Shown in pieces: positions 9,961 to 19,558 of a DNA stretch of 64,000 nucleotides. Position 1 is the first letter of the stretch. Each line of letters opens with the position of its first letter. Origin of the DNA: an uncultured Actinomycetes bacterium (GTDB lineage: Bacteria > Actinomycetota > Actinomycetes > S36-B12). The notes under the pieces are model-generated. The model was given only the letters and a program-made list of their open reading frames with translations, had not been told where the DNA came from and made no database searches. The translations under genes and the position numbers were made by a program. The DNA is taken from positions 1,305,684 through 1,369,683 of the forward strand of contig CAVWJW010000008.1 in the NCBI GenBank assembly GCA_963755335.1. Direction: 5' to 3'.

Positions 9961-11575
9961 TCAGCCCCGGCTGTGCGCTTCCTCGATCGTCGTCCGGCCG
10001 ATCTCGGCGTAGATCTCGGGGCGCTTCGCCTTCAGGTAGAGCGCGTACACGACGCCGATGAGGAACAGGCCGATGACGTAGTACGGCATCCACTGGAAGA
10101 CGAGGCTGTCGGCGGCCAGCCCGGCGGCGAAGCTGCGGTTGGACCACAGCAGGTAGAGGGCGTAGATCATGCCCGCGGCGCCGACGATCGGGGCGACGAG
10201 CGTCATGAGGAAGTTGCCCTTGTTCACCTTCTTGACCCAGAAGTACCAGATGACCGCGAAGGACGTGATCGTCTGGACGATGAGCACCATCGCCGTTCCG
10301 ATGAGCGCCAGGATGCCGTAGACGTTGACGTACGGAATCAGGTCAGGCGTGGCCTGCGGAACCCCGTTCGCGTCGGGCACGTACACGTTGGTGAACAGCA
10401 GGAACAGCACGCACAGCAGGAGCGTGATGCCGCTCTGCACGAACGACGCGATCGCCGGCGACCCGTGCTTGACGTTGACGTGGCCCAGGGTGTTGCGGAC
10501 CGAGGAGGCCACGCTCTCGCGTCCCATCGCGTAGAGGTACCGCGAGGCTGCGTTGTGGAAGGCCATCGCACAGGCGAACGAGCCGATCACGACGAGCAGC
10601 TTGTAGACGTTCTCGGCGAGGCCGCCGAGGTTCGCGTTGACGAGGTTGAGCCACAGGTCGACGGGCGAGGCTCCGGCGGAGACCTCGACCGAGGTCTTGG
10701 CGCCGTTGCCGACGACGACCATCCACGACATGAAGGTGTAGAACAGGCCGAGGCCGATGACTGCGATCATGGTGGCGAGGGGGACGTTGCGCTTCGGGTT
10801 CCTCGACTCCTCGCCGTAGACGGCGGTCGTCTCGTAGCCGACCCAGGACCAGAAGGCGAAGAAGATTCCGATGGCGGAGGCGCCTGCCGCGACGCTCGTG
10901 CCGAAGGCTCCTTCAGGCAGCGAGCTGAAGGCGGCTATCGGGTTCACCGTGTCGGCCGCCATGAAGCCGTCCGGACCGCCCTTGATCAGCACGGAGATGC
11001 CGAGGGAGGCGAGCAGCAGCACCTCGCACACCAGGGTCACGCTCAGCACGCTGGCCGCGAGGGAGATGGAGAAGTAGGTGAGGAGCGCGATCACGGCGAT
11101 GCCGAGGATGGCGATCCAGATCCAGTTGATGGTCAGGCCCATCGGGAGGAAGACGTACTGCGAGGCGAAGTAGGCGAACCCGCCGATCAGCGAGCCCTCG
11201 AAGATGATGTAGGCGACGGCGGCGAGCATGCCCGGAGGCCATGCCCCAGACCTGGCCGAGGCCCTGCGAGATGAAGCCGTAGAAGGCGCCGGCCGTGGTG
11301 ACGTAACGGGCCATGGCCACGAAGCCCAGCGTGAAGATCGTGAGGACGATCGTGGCGAACAGGAAGCCGCCCGAGACGGCGATGCCGTTGCCGTAGCCGA
11401 TCGCGATGGGGACGTTGAAGCTCATGGCGGTGATCGGCGCCGCGTTCGCGACCGCCATGAACAGGACGCCGACCAGACCGACTGCCCCGACCTTGAGGCG
11501 GGCAGCCTCCTTGGTGTTCAGCTGGTGATCACCGGGCAGCGCATGCGGCCCGTCCTCGAGGTTGCTCGTGCTCAT
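9961..11575 (-). CDS. APC-superfamily amino acid/amine permease, 1 frame break
   Basis: Twelve-helix-type hydrophobic profile. N-terminus MSTSNLEDGPHALPGD...GAVGLVGVLFMAVANAAPITAM (10913..11575 frame) continues in 9961..11229 (MLAAVAYIIFEGSLIGGF...). Extra G near 11231. RBS GGGAGGA lies before ATG 11575. Confidence 0.8.
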
Positions 11576-11624
11576 GAACCGTCCTCCCGTGGCCGACCCG
11601 CGTGATGCAGGTCACGATTCGCGG

Positions 11625-11653
11625 AGTATGGCGCCATCCTTGGACCGTTACAA
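11625..11653 (-). promoter_or_regulatory. Candidate sigma-A-type promoter of the permease/dehydratase operon
   Basis: On the minus strand: TTGTAA, 17 nt, CATACT, about 50 nt upstream of ATG 11575. Located in the only AT-enriched stretch of the locus. Confidence 0.3.
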
Positions 11654-11670
11654 GCATTTCCACGTATTCC

Positions 11671-11817
11671 GGTCTGGAATTATCCCGATGGAAACACCGA
11701 AACGGTCTGTTAACCGTCCGGCAACACGCCAGAGACCACACCGATACGTTGAACATCCGGATTCGTTCACGAGGGGGCGAGGACTTTAGTCCTCGTTTAC
11801 GGTATTGATTTGGTCTG
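11671..11817. promoter_or_regulatory. Three GGTCTG boxes (candidate GntR/HutC operator half-sites) in the divergent BMC control region
   Basis: GGTCTGGAATT (11671), ACGGTCTGTTAACCGT (11702-11717, arms ACGGT/ACCGT) and TTGGTCTGCCAA (11811-11822, arms TTGG/CCAA). The third box lies in the spacer of the plus-strand promoter. TGGTCT is the half-site I recall for the HutC-subfamily regulator DasR. Confidence 0.35.
11778..11795. promoter_or_regulatory. 18-bp near-perfect palindrome upstream of the BMC operon promoter
   Basis: CGAGGACT-TT-AGTCCTCG with 8-bp perfect arms, ending 10 bp upstream of the candidate -35. Confidence 0.35.
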
Positions 11818-11832
11818 CCAATTCGGTATGGT
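11805..11832 (+). promoter_or_regulatory. Candidate promoter of the BMC enzyme/shell operon; implies a leaderless mRNA
   Basis: TTGATT (11805-11810), 16 nt, TATGGT (11827-11832). The in-frame GTG at 11839 lies 7 nt after the -10, and GTG 11833 abuts it. No Shine-Dalgarno sequence is present. Confidence 0.3.
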
Positions 11833-13153
11833 GTGCGGGTGACCGACCAGGCCGAAGCGGCGCCGGAGTACGACTACGGGCTGTTCACGTTCTCCTCCAA
11901 GGCCGAGGTTCTCGACAAGGCGAAGGAGTACTGGAACCCGGGCAAGACCCAGTTCTGGATCGACTCCGGGGTGCCCCTGGTGATCGACCGGCGCGAGGGC
12001 TACTTCCTCTGGGACATGTCCGGCAAGCGGCTCATCGACCTGCATCTCAACGGCGGCACCTACAACATCGGCCATCGCAACCCTGAGGTCGTCCAGGCGC
12101 TCACCGTGGCGATGCAGCACTTCGACATCGGCAACCACCACTTCCCGGCGCTGGCCCGCACCGCGCTCGCCGAGGCGCTGATCGCGTCAGCACCGGCCGG
12201 CCTCTCGAAGGTGATGTACGGCAGCGGCGGCGGCGAGGCGATCGACATCGCCCTGAAGACGGCGCGCAACGCCACGCAGAAGCGCAAGATCGTCTCGATC
12301 ATCAAGGCCTATCACGGTCACACGGGCCTCGCCGTCGGCGCCGGCGACGAGCGGTTCTCCAAGTTCTTCCTCGCCGACCAGCCGGAGGACTTCCCGCAGG
12401 TTCCCTTCAACGACCTCGAGGCGATGGAGGACGCGCTGCGCGGGCGCGATGTCGCCGCCGTGATCATGGAGACGATCCCTGCGACGTTCGGCTTCCCGCT
12501 GCCTGAGCCCGGCTACCTGCGGGCCGTCAAGGCACTGTGCGAGCAGTACGACGCGCTGTACATCGCCGACGAGGTGCAGACCGGACTCATGCGCACGGGC
12601 GAGCTGTGGGGCATCACCAAGGAGGGCATCGAGCCCGACATCATGGTGACCGGCAAGGGCATCTCCGGCGGCATGTACCCGATCGCCTGCGTGCTGGCCA
12701 GTGACGCCGCCGCTGGGTGGCTCACCGAGGACGGCTTCGCGCACATGTCGACGTTCGGCGGGGCGGAGCTCGGCTGCATCGCGGCGATGAAGGCCCTGGA
12801 GATCTGCTCGCGCACCGAGACCCGCTCGATGGTCCACTACATCGCCGACCTGATCGGCTCGGGCCTGCGCTCGATCCAGGCCGACGTACCCCGACTGGTT
12901 CATCGGCATCCGCCAGAACGGCGTCATCTTCGGACTGGAGTTCAACGACCCGCAGGGCGCCAAGTACGTGATGCGGCGGCTGTACGAGAACGGCGTGTGG
13001 GCGATCTTCTCCACCCTCGACCCGCGGGTGCTGCAGTTCAAGCCGGGGATCCTGCTCAAGCCGGAGGTCGCCGAGGAGGTCCTCGACCGCGTGGAGGTCG
13101 CCATCGGCCTGGCCTACCGCGACGTGACGGGTGCCGGGGGTGGTCGTCGATGA
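11833..13153 (+). CDS. Class-III aminotransferase-fold PLP enzyme (putative 1-amino-2-propanol O-phosphate phospho-lyase), 1 frame break
   Basis: LWDMSGKRLIDLHLNGGTYNIGHRNPEV...GSGGGEAIDIALKTAR...YHGHTG...ADEVQTGLMRTGELWG...DIMVTGKGISGG (PLP-Lys context). The true C-terminus YPDWFIGIRQNGVIFGLEFNDPQGAKYVMRRLYENGVWAIFS...GGGRR is in the 12968..13153 frame (shift near 12886). The real start may be GTG 11839. Confidence 0.8.
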
Positions 13154-14710
13154 CCGCGCTGCTGGCGGACATACCACTGGAGCCGGCCGGCGTGCCGCGC
13201 GGTCGGGCCATGGTCGAACGCGCCGAGTGGGCCGCCCGGGCGTTCGCCTCCTACGACATCGAGACCGTGCGTCGCATCGCCAAGGCCGCGGCAGAGGCGG
13301 GCGAGAAGCATGCGCGGACGTTCGCCGAGGACGCGGTCGCCGAGACCGGCTTCGGCGTCGCGGAGCACAAGGTCCTCAAGAACGTGGCCTGCTCCATCGG
13401 CATCTGGAACACCTACGGCGGCAATGACTACGTGACACCCGTCGTCCACGACGACCAGCGGGTAGTCGAGATCCCGCGACCGGCGGGAGTCGTCTTCGCC
13501 CTCACGCCGTCGACCAACCCCGTGGCCACCACCTACTTCAAGATCATGCTCGCCCTCCTGACGCGCAACGCGATCATCATCAGCCCGCATCCCTATGCCA
13601 AGAAGGTCTGCGCCGCGGCAGCACGGGTCATGGGCGACGCCGCCATCGAGGCGGGCGCACCCGACGGGTGCATCCAGGTCGTCGAGGAGCCTTCCGTCCC
13701 GCTGATCGATGCGGTGATGTCGGATCCCCGCGTCGATGTCATCGTCGCGACGGGTGGGACCCCGATGGTCCGGGCGGCCTATCGAAGCGGCAACCCCGCG
13801 CTCGGCGTCGGTCCGGGCAACGTCCCCGTCCTGGTCGATGCCACGGCCGACCTGGCGATGGCGGCGCGTCACCTGGTCGCGAGCAAGGCGTTCGACAACT
13901 CGATCCTGTGCACCAACGAGTCCGTCGTGATCGTCGAGGAGAAGGTGGCCGCACCGTTCGCCGCCGCCCTTCGGCGTGAGGGCGCCTACGTCCTCGAGGG
14001 TGAGGAGATCGATGCCGTCCGGGGGGTGATCTTCGAGGGAGACCACTTCAACGTCGCTTGGGTCGGCCGCTCGGCCCGCCAGATCGCCGAGGCCGCCGAG
14101 GTCAAGGTCCCGGCGAACACGCGGATCCTCGTGGCGCCGTTCCCGATCGTGGTGCCGGAGGAGATGCTCGCCCACGAGAAGCTCTGCCCGGTTCTCGGCC
14201 TGGTGACGGTGCCGAGTGCATCGCGAGGGATCGACGCCGCCAGGGCCGTCCTGCGCATCACCGGCGCCGGGCACAGCGCGGCGATCCACAGTGCGGATCC
14301 GGGCACGGTCATGGCCTTCGCGGCCGCCGTACGGGTGCTTCGCGTGTCCGTGAACGTCGGCAACAGCCTGGGCGGCGCGGGCATCGAGACGAACCTGGCC
14401 CCGTCGATGACCATCGGCACCGGGTTCTTCGGCGGCTCGTCGCTGGGCGAGAATCTCGAGCCCAAGCACCTCGTCGACATGACCCGTATCGCGTACAACG
14501 CGGACACCCGTGTGCCCATGCCGAGCTTCGCCGACCTGACGCCCTGGGCGGCGCCCACGGGGGTCGTCCCGGCGTACCCGTTCGCGTCGAACCTGGCCGA
14601 CGCGCCGCGCCTGGTGCCCCCCACCCCGACCCGATGACGGGACCGGCGAGCTCCGCGAGGAGATCCGCCGACTCGTCGTCGAGGAACTACGACAGATCAT
14701 CAAGGGCTGA
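13150..14710 (+). CDS. CoA-acylating aldehyde dehydrogenase (EutE/PduP-like) with C-terminal encapsulation-peptide-like helix, 1 frame break
   Basis: ATG 13150 overlaps the upstream stop (ATGA). ALTPSTNPVAT...VATGGTPMV...GVGPGNVP...AFDNSILCTNES (catalytic Cys). After the C-run at 14617-14622 the frame shifts, and the gene continues PTPDDGTGELREEIRRLVVEELRQIIKG to the stop at 14708-14710. Confidence 0.8.
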
Positions 14711-14714
14711 CACC

Positions 14715-15317
14715 GTGGCTGAACTGCGCTCCTTCATCTTCCTGGACCGGCTCCAGCCGCAGACCATGTGCTACCTCGGCACCTGGGTCCGTGGCGCACT
14801 GCCGCGGGCGGACTACGCCGCCCAGATCATCGAGGTGGCGCCGGGGCTCGACATCGAGCCGCTCACCGACGTGGCGCTCAAGCATGCCCACGTGGGGGCC
14901 GGGATCCTCTTCGTCGAGCGGCAGTTCGGGTACCTCGAGATCCACGGCCCGACGAGTGCGGTGCGCAGTGCGGCGGACGCCGCCCTCGAGCAGCTGGGAG
15001 CCACCGCGCACAGCGCGATGCGCCCGCAGATCCTCGCCTCACGCATCGTGCCGAAGATCGACCGTCAGCACGCGTTCCTCATCAACCGGAACAAGATCGG
15101 GTCGATGGCGCTGCCGGGGGAGTCGATGTTCGTCCTCGAGATGCAGCCGGCCAGCTACGCCATCCTCGCCGCGAACGAGGCGGAGAAGGCCGCTCGCGTC
15201 AAGGTCGTCGACTACCGCATGGTCGGTGCCACTGGTCGCGTGTACCTGACCGGGACCGAGTCCGAGGTGCGGGCCGCGGCCGAGGCCGCCGAGGCCGCGC
15301 TCCAGGCGGTGGCGTGA
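14715..15317 (+). CDS. Two-domain BMC shell protein (BMC-T-like, EutL/PduB-type permuted fold), paralogue 1
   Basis: GTG 14715. About 200 aa with two similar halves (IIEVAPGLDIEPLTDVALKHA...[16 protein letters not shown] and [42 protein letters not shown]). The second half resembles the EutL C-terminal domain by eye. Sits between cargo and shell genes. Confidence 0.6.
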   Translation: MAELRSFIFLDRLQPQTMCYLGTWVRGALPRADYAAQIIEVAPGLDIEPLTDVALKHAHVGAGILFVERQFGYLEIHGPTSAVRSAADAALEQLGATAHSAMRPQILASRIVPKIDRQHAFLINRNKIGSMALPGESMFVLEMQPASYAILAANEAEKAARVKVVDYRMVGATGRVYLTGTESEVRAAAEAAEAALQAVA

Positions 15318-15662
15318 TGACGACTAGCGGTCCTGTCTCGAACGACCTGCTGCGGGAGGTGATCCGCGACGTCGTCCGCGAGGTCATCCGGGAGGTGGTG
15401 GCCGAGGAGATCGCCGCGGCGTCCCTCGCCCGCACGGTCAGCCCAGGAGCCCCCACGCCGGCGAGCGGCGGTCGCCTCGGGCAGCCCGGCAGGTTCCGTG
15501 TCAGGCGCGACCCGGCTCGAGCGCGGGGCGCTCACCGAGCGGCATGTCCGCGCCGCCGGTCCGTCCGCCACCATCACCATCACGCGGGCCGTCGTGGTCA
15601 CGCCGCTCGCCAAGGAGCGCGCCAAGGCCATGGGCGTCGAGATCATCCGGATCGAGGAGTAG
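15317..15662 (+). CDS. Small (~114 aa) BMC-locus protein with N-terminal encapsulation-peptide-like amphipathic helix, 1 frame break
   Basis: ATG 15317 (TGATG overlap). N-terminus MTTSGPVSNDLLREVIRDVVREVIREVVAEEIAAAS, then a P/G/A-rich linker. The C-terminus lies in another frame (shift about 15485-15500): ...LERGALTERHVRAAGPSATITITRAVVVTPLAKERAKAMGVEIIRIEE, stop at 15660-15662. Confidence 0.55.
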
Positions 15663-15670
15663 GAGTCACC

Positions 15671-15928
15671 ATGCTGCGTGCACGAGTGGTCGGAAACGTG
15701 TGGTCGACCCGCAAGGTGTCGTCGATCCCCAACGGCGCCTTCCTGGAGGTCGAGGTGGAGCCGGGCGGCTCCCGCCTCATCGCGTTCGACGTGCTCGGAT
15801 CCGGCATCGGCGAGGCGGTGCTCGTGTCCACGGGCTCGGTCGCCGCGTCCTGGTTCCCCGGCGAGGCACCGCCCATCGACGCCCTCATCATCGGCTCCAT
15901 CGACGAGAGCGGCAGCCCGACTGCGTGA
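15671..15928 (+). CDS. BMC-P pentameric vertex protein (EutN/CcmL family)
   Basis: [29 protein letters not shown]...[23 protein letters not shown]. 85 aa. RBS AGGAG at 15661-15665. Confidence 0.85.
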   Translation: MLRARVVGNVWSTRKVSSIPNGAFLEVEVEPGGSRLIAFDVLGSGIGEAVLVSTGSVAASWFPGEAPPIDALIIGSIDESGSPTA

Positions 15929-15977
15929 CCGCAGCGGCCACGAACATCCACGAGCTCATCAACAGAAGGGAAGCACC

Positions 15978-16259
15978 ATGTCCAACAACGCGATCGGCAT
16001 GATCGAGACCAGGGGATACGTCGCGGCGCTCGCCGCGGCCGACGCCATGGTCAAGGCGGCCAACGTGACCATCGTCAGTCGCGAGCAGGTCGGCGCCGGG
16101 CTCGTCGCGGTGACCATCTCGGGCGACGTCGGCGCCGTGAAGGCCGCCACCGAGGCGGGCTCCGAGGCCGCCAGCCAGGTCGGCGAGCTGGTCAGCGTCC
16201 ACGTCATCCCGCGCCCGCACTCCGAGCTCGCCAAGAACTTCAGCGTCAGCGCACAGTGA
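15978..16259 (+). CDS. BMC-H hexameric shell protein (single PF00936-type domain)
   Basis: [61 protein letters not shown]...VHVIPRPH is the canonical BMC-H sequence. 93 aa. Confidence 0.92.
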   Translation: MSNNAIGMIETRGYVAALAAADAMVKAANVTIVSREQVGAGLVAVTISGDVGAVKAATEAGSEAASQVGELVSVHVIPRPHSELAKNFSVSAQ

Positions 16260-16915
16260 CCGCGAGCGGCCTCACCGCTTCCGCGTCGCCTGAGCTCCGG
16301 GTCTACCTGCAGCTGGAGGACCTCCAGCCGCAGTTCGCCGCCTACCTCGGCACGCCGACGCGGGCACGCGGCTACCCGCCCTACGCGGGCCAGCACGCGC
16401 TCATCGTCGAGGTCGCGCCGGGCCTGGCGATCGAACGGGTGACCGACCTCGCCCTGCGATCCGTGCCGGACGTGGTGCCGGGGATCCTGTTCGTCGAGCG
16501 CCAGTTCGGCGTCCTCGAAGTGCATGCCGACGACCTCGACCAGGTGCAGGCGGCCGGGCGGGCGATCCTCGACGGCATCCATGCCGAGGCCGACCATCAG
16601 CTGCGCCCGCGGATCCTCTTCCACGACGTCGTCGAGGACATCACCGACCAGCATGCCGTGATCATCAACCGCAACCGGCAGGCCTCCATGCTGCTTCCCG
16701 GGCAGAGCCTGCTCGTGTTCGAGATGACGCCAGCCCTCTTCGCTGCCATGGCGGCGAACGAGGCCGAGAAGGCGGCCCCCGACATCACGCTCGTGGATGT
16801 CCAGATGATCGGGGCTGCCGGCCGGGTCTACATCGGTGGCACGACGGAGTCCGTCGAGATCGCCCGCCAGGCCATCGGCGCGGCTTTGGCTGCGGTCATC
16901 GGTCGCGACCAGTAA
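16256..16915 (+). CDS. Two-domain BMC shell protein (BMC-T-like), paralogue 2
   Basis: GTGA overlap with BMC-H. Alignable over its full length with 14715..15317 (shared blocks [20 protein letters not shown], LRPx[19 protein letters not shown]). Confidence 0.6.
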   Translation: MTASGLTASASPELRVYLQLEDLQPQFAAYLGTPTRARGYPPYAGQHALIVEVAPGLAIERVTDLALRSVPDVVPGILFVERQFGVLEVHADDLDQVQAAGRAILDGIHAEADHQLRPRILFHDVVEDITDQHAVIINRNRQASMLLPGQSLLVFEMTPALFAAMAANEAEKAAPDITLVDVQMIGAAGRVYIGGTTESVEIARQAIGAALAAVIGRDQ

Positions 16916-16944
16916 CGTCCCGCACGAGTCGAAGGGGAGGGCCC

Positions 16945-17925
16945 GTGGACGATCCGGTGTCGTCGTTCGAGCAGTTCGCCCACGCGGCCCTGCCCGTGTA
17001 CGGCCTCGACCCGTCCGCAGAGGTCACCCTGCTGAACGTGTCGGAGAACGGCACCTTCCGCGTCGATGACCCCTCCCAGGGCAGATCGGTGCTCCGGGTG
17101 CATCGCACCGGGTACCACGCCAAGCAGGCCATCCGCTCCGAGCTGGCGTGGATCTCGGCGCTTCGCGCGGACGGCGTCGTCCGCACGCCGGCCTACCTGC
17201 CCACGCTCGGCGGGGACGACGTCGCGGCGGCGCGGCTGCCCGACGGGCAGGAGCGCTACGTCGTGCGGTTCGCCTGGGCGGACGGCATCGAGCCCACGGA
17301 GGACCGACTTGCGCAGGACTTCGAGCAGCTCGGGGCCATCACCGCCCGTCTGCACGAGCATGCGCGCCAGTGGCATCGGCCGACGGAGTTCACCAGGTTC
17401 GTCTGGGACTTCGACACCTCGTTGGGCGAGCGGGGCCACTGGGGGCGTTGGCAGGACGGCCTCGCCGTCGGGCCGCAGGAGGAGGAGATCCTCGGCAGGT
17501 GCGCCGACCTGCTGAGGAGTCGGCTGGCCCTCTACGGCACCGGACCGGATCGGTTCGGCCTCGTGCATGCCGACATGCGGCTGGCCAACCTCCTCGTGAA
17601 GGGAGACGACGTCACCGTCATCGACTTCGACGACTGCGGACTGTCGTGGTTCATGTACGACCTCGGCTCGTCACTGTCCTTCATCGAGCATGAGCCCTAC
17701 GTTCCCGAGCTGATCGACGCGTGGGTGCGCGGCTACCGAACGGTCACGACGCTGCCCGCCGACGACGAGGCGGAGCTGCCGACGTTCGTCATGCTCCGAC
17801 GGCTTCTGCTGGTGGCGTGGATCGGCTCGCACGCCGCCACCGAGACGGCGCAGTCCATGGGCGAGGAGTTCACGGCCACCAGCTGCACACTCGCCGAGGA
17901 GTACCTCAGCACAATGTCCCGGTGA
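16945..17925 (+). CDS. APH-fold (aminoglycoside phosphotransferase-like) small-molecule kinase; predicted 1-amino-2-propanol kinase
   Basis: Brenner/APH motifs [13 protein letters not shown] and VIDFDDCG. 326 aa. Position next to the shell genes and the SDR matches what I recall of the M. smegmatis RMM locus. Confidence 0.75.
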   Translation: MDDPVSSFEQFAHAALPVYGLDPSAEVTLLNVSENGTFRVDDPSQGRSVLRVHRTGYHAKQAIRSELAWISALRADGVVRTPAYLPTLGGDDVAAARLPDGQERYVVRFAWADGIEPTEDRLAQDFEQLGAITARLHEHARQWHRPTEFTRFVWDFDTSLGERGHWGRWQDGLAVGPQEEEILGRCADLLRSRLALYGTGPDRFGLVHADMRLANLLVKGDDVTVIDFDDCGLSWFMYDLGSSLSFIEHEPYVPELIDAWVRGYRTVTTLPADDEAELPTFVMLRRLLLVAWIGSHAATETAQSMGEEFTATSCTLAEEYLSTMSR

Positions 17926-17936
17926 GAGGGGAAGGC

Positions 17937-18719
17937 ATGTTCACATCCATCGCGGGCCGCTCGGTGGTCGTCACCGGCGGGACCAAGGGCATCGGCAAGG
18001 GCATCGCGCGCGTGATGGCGAAGGCGGGCGCGCACGTCCTGGTGACCGGGCGCAACCGCGAGGACGCCGAGAGGGCCGTGCGCGAACTCGACGAGCTCGG
18101 CGCCGGCAAGGTGGCCTACTTCCTCGGGGATGTGGCCGACGCAGCCGACTGCCGGGCGATGGCGCAGGCGGCCGTCGACGCGTTCGGCGGTATCGACATC
18201 CTGTGCGCGAACGCGGGCATCTTCCCCGACGCCAAGCTGGTCACCATGACCGAGGCCGACATGGACCAGGTGTTCGACACGAACATCAAGGGCACCTTGC
18301 TGTCGGTCCAGGCATGCATCCCCGCGCTCACGGCCTCCGGGCGCGGGCGGGTGATCCTGACGTCTTCGATCACCGGACCGATCACCGGCTATCCCGGCTG
18401 GGCGCACTACGGCGCGAGCAAGGCGGCGCAGCTGGGCTTCATGCGGACCGCGGCCATCGAGCTGGCGCCCCGGGGAATCACCGTCAACGCCGTGCTGCCC
18501 GGCAACGTGGCCACGGAAGGCCTGGCCGAGCTCGGCGAGGAGTACCGCACGGCCATGGAGATGTCGATACCGCAGCGACGGCTCGGCGAGGTCGAGGACA
18601 TCGGGAACGCCGCGCTGTTCTTCGCCACTGACGAGGCCGCGTACATCACCGGGCAGGCCCTCGCGGTGGACGGCGGCCAGGTCCTGCCGGAGTCGCTGGC
18701 CGCGCTGGAGGCGATGTAG
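17937..18719 (+). CDS. Short-chain dehydrogenase/reductase; predicted aminoacetone / 1-amino-2-propanol oxidoreductase
   Basis: [15 protein letters not shown] (cofactor site), NAG, SSITG...YGASKAA (catalytic Tyr-Lys). 260 aa. Internal Met at 17937 of ORF 17721..18719. Confidence 0.75.
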   Translation: MFTSIAGRSVVVTGGTKGIGKGIARVMAKAGAHVLVTGRNREDAERAVRELDELGAGKVAYFLGDVADAADCRAMAQAAVDAFGGIDILCANAGIFPDAKLVTMTEADMDQVFDTNIKGTLLSVQACIPALTASGRGRVILTSSITGPITGYPGWAHYGASKAAQLGFMRTAAIELAPRGITVNAVLPGNVATEGLAELGEEYRTAMEMSIPQRRLGEVEDIGNAALFFATDEAAYITGQALAVDGGQVLPESLAALEAM

Positions 18720-18722
18720 CCC

Positions 18723-19540
18723 ATGGCCGATGCAGGGCTGGACGATCTCGGGGCCATCGGCCCCACCGGCGAGGAGGTGCGTCGGCGGATCGTCGGGATG
18801 GTCGAGCGCGGCACGCTTGCAGCCGGGCCAGAAGCTGGGTGCCGAGCGGGAGCTCGCCGTGAAGCTCGGGCGTCAGCCGGTCCACCCTTCGCCAGGCGCT
18901 CGCCTCCCTCGAGGAGGCCGGGATCGTCCGGCGTGTTCCGGGCCGCGGCGGCGGCACGTTCATCGCGTCCGCGAAGGTCGAGCGCGACCTGTCCCGCATC
19001 GTCGGGATCCCGATGCTCCTGCGCGACCAGGGCTTCACCGCCGGCTCCCGCGTCGTCAGCGTCAGCGTCACCACGGCCGGTCCCGATGCGGCCGAGGCGC
19101 TGGGCATCGCGGAGGCCGACTTCGTCGTGGACCTGGTGCGCATCCGGCTGGCCGACGGCGTCCCGATCTCGCTCGAGCACGCGGTGTTCCCGGCCGAGCT
19201 CGTACCGGGGCTTCCCGAGCGGGGTCTCGGCGGCTCGATCTACGAACTGTGCGACCGCGAGTACGGCCTTCGCCCGGACGAGGCGATCGAGCACATCGAG
19301 GTCGTCGCCGCATCACCCGACGAGGCGTCGATCCTGGCGATCGACGCCGGTGCGCCGCTGCTGTCCGTCACTCGCACCACCCGCACGGCCGAGGGGATCG
19401 CCTTCGAGTACTCGCACGACCTGTTCCGTGCCGACCGCACGCGCATCAGCGTCAAGGTGAAGGGCTCGCCGACCACCGAGAAGGCACGGCTGCGCGGTCG
19501 GGTCATGGAGCTCGTTCCGCCGCACGACATCGATCAGTAG
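18723..19540 (+). CDS. GntR/HutC-family transcriptional regulator (wHTH + UTRA domain), 2 frame breaks
   Basis: LQPGQKLGAERELAVKLG and EEAGIVRRVPGRGGGTFIA (GntR wHTH), followed by the UTRA-like region ...DLVRIRLADGVPISLEHAVFPAEL...LLSVTRTTRTAEGIAFEYSHDLFRADRTRI. Shifts near 18815 and 18880. Confidence 0.75.
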
Positions 19541-19558
19541 TCAGGGCACGCTGGATAC

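Noticed and set aside
11805-11825. GGTCTGCC in the BMC control region as a cobalamin-riboswitch B12 box, given the B12-dependent dehydratase
   Set aside because: It only partially resembles the B12-box core. None of the other conserved cobalamin-riboswitch helices is present, and the region lies inside a promoter spacer rather than a transcribed leader.
11833-14637. 934-aa track ORF suggesting a bifunctional aminotransferase-aldehyde dehydrogenase fusion
   Set aside because: This is an artefact of a frame break near 12886. The true aminotransferase-fold C-terminus (YPDWFIGIRQNG...GGGRR*) ends at 13153 in another frame. The ALDH has its own ATG at 13150 in an ATGA overlap.
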